The notes under the pieces: generated by a model
What the model was told of the DNA's origin: nothing
What the model saw: only the letters and a program-made list of their open reading frames with translations
The model's database searches: none
From: Yuukianura sp. NJ FZ-2021
Taxonomy: Eukaryota
Assembly (NCBI GenBank): GCA_046563655.1
Contig: CM102283.1
Coordinates: 2,232,001-2,296,000 of the forward strand
Direction: 5' to 3'
DNA: 64,000 nt
Position numbers and translations under genes: made by a program
Shown: piece by piece, positions 11,401 to 22,933 of the stretch
How positions within the stretch are numbered: the first letter of the stretch is position 1
How the letters are laid out: every line of letters begins with the position of its first letter

Positions 11401-12703
11401 TAAAAAAAAATTTCTTCGTTCTTTTTTATTGTATGTATTCAAAGTAAATAGATTTCGTAGAGTTCTTTCCCGGGAGGCAACGTTCCCAGTATTGAAGCAG
11501 TGTTACCTCTTTGTATGGCGATGCTTACTCGCTGAAGTAAAAAAGAAGTTGCTCGATTGTCTCCAGTTGATTCAGAAATTCGGTGTCCAATGGATTTTAG
11601 AAGACGTAGTCCTTCATCACCAAACACTCCCGAGGTCTCGACAGCTATAATGGAAACAATGAATCGATTTTCGAGGTCGCGATAGATGTTATGTTTGTGG
11701 ATTTCAGCTAATGAAGACGGATGGCCAAGCGAAGAGGAAGAAGTTGGAAGGTAGGAAGCAGCATAAGTATCCCGGCATGTAAAATCCCACACCAAGCAAC
11801 GCCCAGTCTTCCATGGAATGAGCGTCATGCCATCTGGCCGTTTTCCGTCTGTTCTTGAACATCCGGATGGTTCTTTAACGTTTGGTATGCCAGCTGAATG
11901 CAAAGCTCTGGAAATGATGTCGTTGATGGAGCCATGTCTGGAGTTTCTACCGGCGCTTTGAATGCAACTTAAGCCGTGTAGGCCGTCACTCGACACTGAA
12001 GTCCCACATTTGCAACGATGAGGCTGGCATACATTGGAGCCTAGGCGAAGGCAGCAAGAGATTCTGAATGTTTCGTCAGAAAGTAGAGTTCCAAGCGGAG
12101 AGGAGGGAATCGCATGCAGCCAGTCACCTGAGTGAGGGGCGGTTACGGCCAACAATCGTGCTTTGTCAATCAGAGTGTTGCAATTTTCAAGCAGAGAAGT
12201 ATAAATCCGTTTGAAGATGATCGTTTCCCAAAGATTTTGTATTTTTGCGTCGTGAGGTGCTTCGAGACCCAATTGCGACCAACTCAGAGAAGCAAGGTCC
12301 AAAGAATGGTCGAAAGGAGAGAGATATGGCGGAAGAAAGGCGGAGATAAGGTCGGCACAACTATTTACTGAGGCCAAAAATGAAAATGTAGCACAGTCCG
12401 TAGCGTGTCGTACCCCCAAACCACCTTGGTTCACAGGTAAGGAAGATTGTAGCCAGGCTTCATCGGTTAAGTTTGTGTTAATGGTGGATTCCAAAACGGC
12501 GCGTAAGGATGAGTCGTAGGATTGGAGAAGGTCAGTTTCTAGGAATGACGGCGAACATCTGAGAAAGTACAACAGTCTTGGTGTCGATACTGAGGCCCTG
12601 AGCAGGAAAAAAGCAACATGCGCAGGCAGGTAGGAAAGTCTGGAAGAGAGTTTCTTGAAATCTTCAGTTTTGACTATAATAAATTATTTTGACATAATAA
12701 ATT
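11360..12703 (-). mobile_element. 5'-truncated CRE-clade non-LTR retrotransposon (post-RT region, zinc knuckle, restriction-like endonuclease)
   Basis: ORF open from ~12675 to stop at 11439 with CKCG..HGLSC..RH..IN and KEP.G..R.DGKRPDG.T..PW..G..L.WDFTC.DT..ETSG.FG. Poly(A) appears as poly-T at 11369-11398. TSD-like ataataaatt at 11361 and at 12676/12694. Confidence 0.9.
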
Positions 12704-12735
12704 ATTGTTCTCTAGTATGCACAAATTTTGAAATA

Positions 12736-12942
12736 ACAACGTCCATTACCGGGCGTCAAATTGACTGCAGAATTTGACAAAAATGTGTAACATGTACAAA
12801 ATTGAACGTTGAAACTAACCTAAACAACCTGCACATAATTCATTGCCAGTGTTGTCATGACAACGTCCATTACCCATCATCAAAATAACTGCACAATTTT
12901 ACATTCATGTGCAATAAGTTTGCATCATGCACAAAATTGAGC
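12736..12942 (+). repeat. Degenerate ~124-bp tandem duplication
   Basis: acaacgtccattacc and tg.acaaaattga.cg each occur twice at ~124-bp spacing. Confidence 0.6.
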
Positions 12943-13406
12943 GGGAGGGGTCCAAAATCGATTGTTTAAAATCGAAATTATCAAAATGTCTAGTAAATGC
13001 AAATTTGACCCCTGTCATTCATAATTCACATAGTAATTATTTAAGCCGGATTTCCTACCCTCTAATCAGTTTTAGTTTAACAACGTAACTAAACATAATG
13101 TCAGAGAATGAGAAGATCAAAACTTCGTTGTTTAAAAATATTTTGAGTACAATGCAGACCTAATACAATGAGGACTTAAGAATCAGAAACGTAATGTAGC
13201 CGCCCAATTTTGCGTTGTTAACTTAACACTTTGAGTGCAATGTAGAGGTAGAGAAAACACTTGAGCCGTAGATAACCCCCCGACTGCGATGGGGCTTATC
13301 TTTCGGTGGAGAGGGTCCTAAAAAAGGTGACAGACTGACAGACAAAGTCGTATCAATAGGCTTCTTCAGCATGTCGTAGACATGCGTCTCCAGAAGACGG
13401 ATTTGA

Positions 13407-14001
13407 TGGCTCTGAACCTGATTGAAGTCTTGTAAAATTTAACATCGTCGCTATGCTTCTATCGTAAATCTGGTCATTATATTCCTTTTACGAACTAGTA
13501 TCTATATACATGTAAACTAAGTTGTAGGCAATAATATTTGAACGCAAATGATAGCTAACCGGCATATAACATCATCGTTGGCAATTCAACATCTAAATTA
13601 TGAGTGGCAACATTGCGAGTTCAAGTACAACGCAATTCAGACGTTTAGTCTGGCTCTGAACCTGATTGAAGTCTTGTAAAATTTAACATCGTCGGTATGC
13701 TTCTATCGTAAATCTGGTCATTATATTCCTTTTACGAACTAGTATCTATATACATGTAAACTAAGTTGTAGGCAATAATATTTGAACGCAAATGATAGCT
13801 AACCGGCATATAACACCATCGTTGGCAATTCAACATCTAAATTATGAGTGGCAACATTGCTAGTTCAAGTACAACGCAATCCACACTCTGAACTGGCTCT
13901 GAACATGATTCAATTCTTGTAAAATTTAACATCGTGGCTATGCTTCTAAGGTAAATCTGGTCATTATATTTCTTTTACGAATTAGTATCTACATACATGT
14001 A
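13407..14001 (+). repeat. Tandem repeat, ~244-bp unit, ~2.4 copies
   Basis: tggctctgaac.tgatt starts at 13407, 13651 and 13894; copies 1 and 2 are nearly identical. Confidence 0.95.
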
Positions 14002-14008
14002 CAGTACA

Positions 14009-14212
14009 ACTGTATTTCAAATCAGTATCAGAATTTCTGTGTTAACTTGGATAGAAATAGAAATGCTAATTTTTATTTCAAAATTTAAAAAAATTTAATC
14101 TAATCAAAGTTTATAAAAGTTTTATCTCATTTATAAACACGACGCTAAATTAATTTCGGCTTCTTTTCACTTTCAAAATCCAATCTTAAATCCAGAAATT
14201 TTCTATTCCAAA
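14009..14212 (+). repeat. ~190-bp dispersed direct repeat, copy B
   Basis: Aligns with 10885-11072. Confidence 0.85.
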
Positions 14213-15172
14213 AACGGATTTGATGTGGTTGAACTCAAAATCAACAGATTTGTATCAAATCCTTGTTTTGCACTCTAACTCCTGTTTTGATGGCATGAGC
14301 TTTGGACCTTGAAATCCTTGGACTTCCATAATGCATCAATTTTTTAAGCTTACATCTGAATTTGAACTGCACAAAAAACAATTTTCAAGGTTAACAGCAT
14401 AATAATGTCCACCTTCTATTATATGCCCTCACTTTTTACATTTTTTTTTGTAAAATTAATTTTTCAGTAATAAAAAATATGCTTTGAAAAAATTGTGTCC
14501 AAGTCCAATTAAAACCCAACGAAATATTTACACGCAACCAAAAATTTGGTGGATTTTTTTAAAGGTTTGTCAAAAAAGCAAAAGCTAAACACAAGAACTC
14601 TACAGTTTACTTTTTTTGGAAGCTTCTTCATATGAATTGTGACAAATCTGAAGTGAGTCAATTTGCTTTGTTCCGTGCTGACCTCTTTTGAACTTTCAAT
14701 ACGGTCGTAAATTTTATGTTCTGGTGGAAGTGTTGTATGTAAAATTTCATCTTTGGAAGCTTATCATAGTGTTTGGTTTGGTCTCTTTCGTTTGTTCTGA
14801 AATTGAAGTCATTGATAGCACCAATTTTTCTAACATCCTGCAAGTCTTTACAACTTTTTTTTGGTTTCGAATTTCATGTTATCGGGATCTCTTCTCTGCT
14901 GACTGGCTTGTTTTCAATGAACAATTTCTTTAGTAAGTTCTAAAGCTTAAGACAAACGGAGACGAGATTTAGTCAACTTTTTAGTTCCAAGAAATTCATT
15001 GCAGAAGACAAACGTCTATAAAGTGAATCCAGTTTCCTGGAAGGACTGTCTTATTTTTGCCTTTGTGCTTAAATCTGCTTCGATTAGTTTTGTCTTCGAT
15101 TAATCAGCAACAGCTACTCCGAGGCTCTAGAACTGTCTTTAGTTTAACATTACTTTGTAGTAAAAGTTAGCC

Positions 15173-16590
15173 ATGATTACGAACAACAGTTATATGGGCC
15201 CACCGATGCCCATGGCCCCACCCAGTGCTCCGATGTTCGTCTCTCCAGACACAACGTTCAGACAAGCCCCACCGGCAGCCATGGATTTTCGACAGCAAGT
15301 TCTTCAGGATTTGGCATCTTGTCCACCGCTAAGGGAGGATCAAGTTGTAGAGGCTCTGGACAACTACGTTTCAGGTTTTTCAAAATTTTGAATTTACAAA
15401 ATGTCGAATTTTGAAAGTCAGGCCTTATTTCTCGATTTTTACCCAAACGCAATTTTGTTAGAAAAATCTCCAGCTCATCCAAAATTCTGGCTTTCCAAAT
15501 TCATAAATAAGTTTGAGATAAAATGGAAGTCCCACCTACGAGGAAATTGTGTACTTTGCTTATTCTGAATTTTGGAAATTATGAAACTTTTTTTTGAAAA
15601 TTTAAAATTTTTATCGTTTTTAGGTAACTGCTGCTACGGAGATTCATTCATAAAGGAAATGAAGGTCAGAGATATACTGGCCACGCCCATTTATGCCTAT
15701 GACCTTGAGATGTTCGTTGAGACACGAATCAAAGAGTGGGTGACTGAACCGTACCGAGGGGAGTACTTGGTCCAGGAAAATACTTTTGGAGTTCCCGTAG
15801 ACTTCTGGGCGGTTCCGATTGCACCGCCGGTTCGATTCGGATCTTCTACGCAAGCGCACATCGTGCCCGGAACTACTTCAGTTGTCAACTGTGCCCAATG
15901 TACTGGAATTGGAAACGTCCAATGCGGAATCTGTGCAGGGTCGATGTCAACAACTTGTACAAACTGTTCTGGAACTGGAACGACTGATGTTATGCAACCC
16001 GATGGAACGTCAAGTACGAACTTCAAAAACTGAAAAAAAAATTTCAAAAAAAAAATTGTTTTTTAAATTATGAAAAAATATTAATTTTGTGTGTGTTACT
16101 TTTAGAACGTGTCAAATGCATCAAGTGTAAGGGCCTGCGACGCACTGCTTGCGACACTTGCAAGGGCAAGGGCACTGCGACATGCAAATCTTGTCAAGGA
16201 TTTCGTCGTGTCAAGAACTATGAGAAGATGGTCGTGTCATGGACAACAGTTCTAGAGCAGAGTGTGCACAAAGATGGCGGACAAGTATGCGTAGCTAAGT
16301 TGAAGTTTGGGCAATTATCGAAGAAAACAGTAGCTGAAGTGTGCAGTCCAGGGCCACAAGATGTCCAGCCATTCACGATGTTCCGGACTTTTCTGGACAC
16401 GAAGTACGGTGCCCAATGTGCACTGCCACATCAACGTGTACTTGAAATCAGACAAAGAGTTCATCTCTACCCGGCAACTGAAGTGATCTGTCAGCACAAG
16501 TCCCGTGATCACCGATTTCTGATTTATGGACAAGAGAGACATGTCTACTTTCCCAAGGGATATCCACGCTCATGCTGCGTCATTGCTTGA
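15173..16590 (+). CDS. SSUH2: SSUH2-like protein, paralog 1 (DnaJ-type CxxCxGxG repeats, C-terminal CaaX)
   Basis: Exons 15173-15374, 15624-16013, 16106-16590 in frame. NCCYG, F.E.R...W...PY.G, VPGT..V..C, multiple CxxCxGxG, IYG.E..VY.P.GYP..CCVIA*. Confidence 0.85.
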
Positions 16591-17100
16591 AGTCATTGTT
16601 GGGAAGTCAGCTGTATATAAATCAAGAGATTTAATTAATTAACCTAAAATGCCAACTAAGAGATTTAATTAATTAATTTATAGTAGTACATATTATTTTA
16701 GTTTAATTAATTAGTAGGGTACAAAGGAGTTACTTTTCCACTGATTAGTCTCATAATGTAGTCAGTAACAGCATAGGTAGTAAGTAGGATACATTTCCGT
16801 AAGGTGGCGTAACTTTTGCAGTAGCGGTTACTTGATTAACTTGGGCTATCATGATTTCTTGGGCTACGATTTTTTGATTTTCGATTTCCGTAGTAATGAT
16901 TTCTGCTTGATTACGATTTTTCGTATTTAAGATTTCTGCTTAGTTAATTAATACAATTTTCATGACAACTGCGGCAATTCGATAGTTACATGTTTACGTT
17001 CCTACTAAATAAATTTCGAGAAAAAAACGATTGGCATTTTTGGTAGATTTTTTCACAAGACTTTTAGTTTTTCGGATTCCATTTTTTTCGGAGGCGGAGG

Positions 17101-18462
17101 ATGGGCTGGTCATGGTGGAATCCATGTTGTTGGATTGGATACTGCGATGAGAAACCGAAACTTTTTAGCGACAAGTGGGGCCTGACGAATGAATTCATCA
17201 ATGAAACTTGTTCCATTTTGACGTTGATTATCGTGTTAAGAATTCTGGCTAAACTGGAGTACATGTTTCCAGTTGGACAGAACAGAGTGACTGACGACTC
17301 AGTTGGAACTGGAGACGAAAGGATTGACAACGATGTTCGTCCAAGGCCACCGCCACCAACTCCTGCGCCATCCGGTGAGTCCATCTGAAACTTTTTTTTT
17401 AAATTTTAATTAAATTTTCATAAAACGTTCAAATTTTGTTATGTTTTGTCTTATAAAATTTTTGTACTGTGCAGGATGGATTCCAACTGGTGCAGCAATT
17501 GTCCAGGATTTGATTCTACACCAATTGCGCCGTGGTGACGAAGCTCCGGCTGGAATTGGTCCACTTCAGGTAGAAACAGTCATGCGCATACTGGATCTCA
17601 GCTACAAAGTGGAACTGGATGCGACCACCGATGTTTTCTTTACGGATGGCCCTGAACTTATCCTGTCAGGGTCAAGGGCCTGTTTGGACTTTGTGCGGAG
17701 AGCGGCCCTGGAGGAAACCGGAAGAGACTGGGACATTCCACCTGAAATGGAAGTTCCCGCCCATTTTCTTTTGGTGCTCCTTAGGGGAGAGTTTCCGGCG
17801 TAAGTCTTTCTTCTGAAAAAGTCAAAGGTCAAGGTCAAGGTCAATTCTTGTTTAACTAAGGCTATGTTCTGTAGTATGGTAACTCTGTACCAAAGGAGGC
17901 TGTGGAGGAACGGTCAAGAGTTTCAGAGAATAAGTCAGCTGACTGATCCGTACGAGTTGAATTTGGCGGGAAAAATGAGCAAGCGGGAAATGATGGCCGA
18001 GATTGAAATGTCGCTGAAGGCACTCGACGTATCCCTGGGCGACAAACAATTTCTGGTTGGAGATCAGCTGACCGCTGTCGACGGTTTGGCCTTTGGGATA
18101 TTAGCTCAGATGAACTGGACGTCAAACCATGACCTGCTGACCGTGATCCAAAGTACTAAAATTTAAAAGTCATAAACTACTTTTATTACCTTTAATTGCT
18201 GGTATCAATTAAAACTTAATTGTAATTACTTTTTCAAGAATTCCCGCGCCTCGTTACTGCTACAAACATCCTACGTGAACGACTGTGGAGCGACTGGAAT
18301 CCGCCAGCTGATGACCTCGAAATTGTTCAAATTTTCCCGCGCCCCTCTCAACCACAAGAACAAAGCTCCCAGCATTCCTCATCTCCTGAAACACGCCGCA
18401 TTCCCACCGTCAAATTCAAATCATACAAAAGGCCACCCCCTATCCGTAAAACTTCTTCTTAG
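17101..18462 (+). CDS. Divergent failed-axon-connections (FAXC)/metaxin-like GST-fold protein
   Basis: Exons 17101-17374, 17475-17799, 17875-18152, 18239-18462 in frame. LHQ..R..LQVETVMRI..L.Y (GST-N-like), LKALDVSLGDKQFLVGDQLTAVDGLAFGILAQ and KFPRLV..LRERLWSDW (GST-C-like). Start and 3' end uncertain. Confidence 0.78.
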
Positions 18463-21400
18463 CCTTAACATTTGATTAATTAACCAATTAATCAACTAAT
18501 TACAACAGCATTCTTTGCTTTTCAGCAGCCTAACGACTCTGCGGCGAATGATTAGCCGTCCAAGTCATTCAAGAATACATCAATCAAAAATCATTGATGA
18601 TTTTTCATGAAGCCCTTTTCTGATTGAGTAATCCCTCCAGGTTCAAGACAGAAGTTGACCGTTGACCCCTTAAGGGCCCAAGGGTCACCAGCCATGACCT
18701 CCTTATTCCTCGCCAGTATCAGACGAGTCAACAAGTCAGTTTGTTCAATTTATCATGTTTGAACAATCAATAAACGAAAGAACATACCGTAGTTCTGAGT
18801 CAACTGTTGTAAAGTAGGTAAAGTGCTAAGTGTTAAAGAGAACAACGACACAATTTGTTTTCAAAAAAGAAGTTAGTACTTGGACCAAGGGCCGAGCCCT
18901 GTTTGTCAAAATCCTATTTTCTGTTTTGAATGAATGAAAACTTAAACACGGCTAAAAGATGAAAAGAAGGTTGTGGATCCTTTGTTATGTTGGACATGGA
19001 CGGTACGAAAACTTGACTGTACGGTAAGTCTGTTTACACTCAAATTTTATGATAGTCAAACCGATAGTTTTATTGCTGTCGTCAATTCTCGGACATCATT
19101 TTCCTCTTGGATGCCGTTTGCTGCTGCTTTGTCATTGGTAGGCACTCATCGTCGGTAAGCAAAAAGCTAAAGTCTTGTTCAAGGTAAGAGCAATTCAGGA
19201 ATGTTCAAAGTTCAAAGTTGACACAAGGTCATTAAACTAACCATTTCCATTGTTATGCACAGCCGTGTCCATCCAGTATGTACAGTCAGTGACTTAGGAT
19301 GAAAGGAAGGACAAGATAAAATATTTGAAAAATGCGGTCCAATTACATCACTGCTGGAATGCCCTAGGATGAGCTACCTAATAAAATCTAGCATCGCTTC
19401 TGTCCGTGGGAAACATCATCACTGGTGACTCCTTCCTGGATCTTTAGAGCGTAAGATTGACTGTTTTTCCATTTGTAATTTGATCGTTAAAAGATACTGA
19501 TGGAGGGTAGATCGGATAGTGGACAAGGTGGGGAAGATGTGATACTAAAACGATCTTTGTTACAGGCTCTACATTCTTGGATATCTTTTGTCTTTTGGTC
19601 GTGGCGTGGCATAAGTTATAGCTTTGGATATCTTTGGACGGAGCCCTCAGGAACATCAGCTGAAGCAGTAACGCAGTAGGGAGTAAATTAATTAACTTGG
19701 ACATTTGTACTAACAATAGAATTATTAGTGATGATCAGGAGGGGGTGGGCATAGTAAGAAAGAGAGAGGTTCATTCAAGAGTGTTGAAAGTTGATCTTTG
19801 ATGGTTACATGTTTTCGTTTTGGCAGGGTGAACGTTCAACAATCATCGGTTTTAAGGAATTCAAGAGAGGGGCCCTTGGATGTTGGGATTGGAGGTATGT
19901 GGATGGATTGGTCTGCTGTTGGTGAGGTCCGTCTGTCTAGGAATTTTTGGCCAAACCGTGAAATATTTGTGTCATGACCAAACGGTTTGGATTTTGGAAG
20001 TGTACGAGGGATATGGAGGAGGACTTAGACAATGGAATTAGTCTTAAGGTACTTGTTTCTTCGGTGTGACCAAAGTACTTTTCTTTTTTCCTTTTAAGGA
20101 CCCTCTGCTGTGATTCCCTTTGTCAAGGAACAAGAAGGAAGAACGTTTCTCTTCCTTTTGCCAAGAGTGGACTGTGTTGGGGTATGAATGCTTTCTGGGA
20201 AGAAGATGAAGACGATTAACCCGACTACCCCGGGTACACCAAGTTACCACGGATTTTGGGTTATTGTGGGAGGATTTTGAAAGCCAGCAAAATGGTTCAC
20301 ATCAACAATCGAATTTCAACTTCAACTTCAAATCTTCAACCGGCGAAAGACTAAACACTTCAAAAGAAAACCGTTTTTCTTTTCCAGAAATGAATTTCAT
20401 GGTTTTAAGGATCGGATCACACACATAACCATCCAGAATAAGAGGATCCCTTGGTAACAGTACTAACGTCAGGTCTTATGAGAGGATTTGGACAGGCCCT
20501 TTCATGTTCACTTTATGTGTTATTGACTTTTAGAGACCCAACGGACTTATACTTGCGATGAAGCCAATATCCTGTCAACAATCAAGACGACGACTTGTTC
20601 TTTGATCTTCTTCCTCCCTCATCTTCTAAGACTCCTCGAGTAGTTATCCCAGGAACTCAGCATCTTCATGATCTTCTTCACCGTTCCCACCAAGAACAAA
20701 CAGACTTTACAATTACAACACTATGCACTTCATTCCATCTCCACAGAACAAGAAGAGTTAAATGCCGAAGGGATGACAACAAACAACACGACGACGACGG
20801 GACCAAACTTGAATGACAACTTCTTGTGGACTCTTGAGTTTTGCTCTTCTCACTAACAAGTTAAGTTGGACGCTCATTGAAAGAAGAAACAATAAGGCCG
20901 TTAGGTCAAATTTCAAGTCAATTTATTCAAAAAACAATTCTTTTGTGAATACCCTTAGGCTGATGTGTCAAGTCAAGTCATTCTTATACAGACGTGTCAA
21001 CTCTCGTTCTCATCATCACCAGAAAACCCAGCAGAAGATTAGGTAGACAAAGACAAGAGCGAAGCAGTGCAGTTCTTAAGTCAAGAGTCAAGTTGGCCAT
21101 TCATCGTTTGTCACTTCAACTGTCACGAAGTGCAGCAAATTCTTTAGTTTGCAGTTAAAAACCTTGGGTTCAGTGGTTTTTAAAGCCCTTAAGTGATTGG
21201 TCGGATGGTGATTGGTGGCTGCAAAGTGGTTTGTGTCAAGGAATTCAATTAGGACAAGCACATTCCTCTCCTTGGTGTACCACTATATGCGCCATTAATT
21301 TCAAGTATTAAGAAGGACCTTACTTCGGTAGTGGCGTAACTTATTGATCTTGGAAAGTGTTGTTGGAGAGGATTCTCAAGATCATTTTTTATCATCATCA

Positions 21401-22345
21401 TCAGCATCTTCGTTGCTGAGTCGAGGAATAGTTTCTTACATCACCGCAAGCAGAAGCAGCAAGAAACTAAACCTCGAAGGCTTGAACAATTGAATTGTGA
21501 GCTGAGAAGAAGGTTGACTCTTTCCATTGTTAACTACTCCAGTTCCAGTTGGGCCGTGGAAGGTGGTGCTACTTCTAGTAGGCTCTACGACTTACATCGT
21601 CTTCGTCAGTCAAGAAGGTACTAAAGTTCTTAAGCATTTGAAAAGGTAAAAAAGTGGCTTTTTACAACCTCCTCTCTTGTGTCCTCAGGATCATCAGAAA
21701 AACTGCCGCCGTGGCCGTGGACTGTGAAAAAAAGAGAAGACAAGGAGACGAAGACGTGGAAAAAGTGCCTGTCCACCTCACTTATTTCTTCGGTCGGAGG
21801 TATTGAATTTCGGCTGTGAAGCTGTGTGTAGCTGCTGGTTAAAGAGCCAACGATTAGAAGAAGAGGAGCCCTTTTTCTGGATATCTTTCAAGTTTCAAAA
21901 GGAAAGAAGGTGGTGGTGGTTTGAAGTGTAACCTGAAGCAGTAAGGGATCATATTGGCTATGGAAGATCAACAAAAGAAATAAGGTATGACTCTTCCAAT
22001 TGTTCTCCAAAAAATACCCTAACTTACTACAGCCAGTATAACAGGTAAAATGCTGGTGCTTTCAGGTGTAACAAGTACAAATATTTATAGATTCCAGTGG
22101 AATGTGGTAGTCCCTCCGAAAAACCTTTGGGAAGTTTTGCTCAGTTGAACAAAAACGGAACCTTGTGAGGATCGAACAGCATCGAGTAGGAGAAGAAACA
22201 AAAGTAGTACCTGATTGGATTTTGAACGGAACAGAACAAAACAGCATTATTGATCAAAACGTTGTGCAAAACGGAGCAAGGTCAATTCAAAGTTTGAATC
22301 TTCAAGGGAAATCTCAAGTTCAACTTTCAATTCCATTCAATCCCA

Positions 22346-22490
22346 CAGCAAAAACTCAGCAAATTCTGCACAACTCAGCAAAAACTCTACTAATTCAGCA
22401 AAACCTCAAAGAATTCAGCAAAAACACACTAAATTCGGCAAAAACTCAGCAAATTCAGCAAAACCTCAACGAATTCAACAAAAACTCAAA
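22346..22490 (+). repeat. Degenerate minisatellite (cagcaaaaactc/gaattcagcaaaa units)
   Basis: About 10 imperfect copies of a cagcaaaa-based unit. Confidence 0.75.
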
Positions 22491-22933
22491 TCCAGATTAG
22501 TTTTTTGGCGCATTTGGCTAAAAAACCATAACAAATCACACGAGCTTCTTGAGCGTCAATCATTTCATCATCCCCCTTGCACCCCTCCAGGAAACTTCGC
22601 ACACAAGGTTATCACTAATTTCATCTCTCAGTCTGGATTCTGGATGCAAAGTCTGCAAAAAAGTGTAAGATTTGTAAACTTTTTGCAAAGTATTAGTGAA
22701 AATTACAACATCATCGTCAACTAATCTACTCTTGGTGTTCAATTGAAGGTCACCATTGTTTTCTCAACGAACAAGGAACATTGGGAAGCAATTGAGGACG
22801 ACGAATAAGTAGTAGTGGACATGCGTGTTTGACCAGGAATCATCTGCCAATCCAACTGTCAAGTGAATGTCTTTCAATTTGGTGATTGATTACTAGCCAA
22901 AAGTTAATTGGCCAACCTAACTAGTTTGAAATA

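Noticed and set aside
19444-19716. Apparent peptide similarity (LLPTALLL..SKDI) to a minus-strand frame near 58830-58910
   Set aside because: Short, low-complexity, no nucleotide-level alignment; likely chance.
22165-22500. 111-aa Gln/Asn-rich ORF
   Set aside because: GTG start and largely made of a minisatellite.
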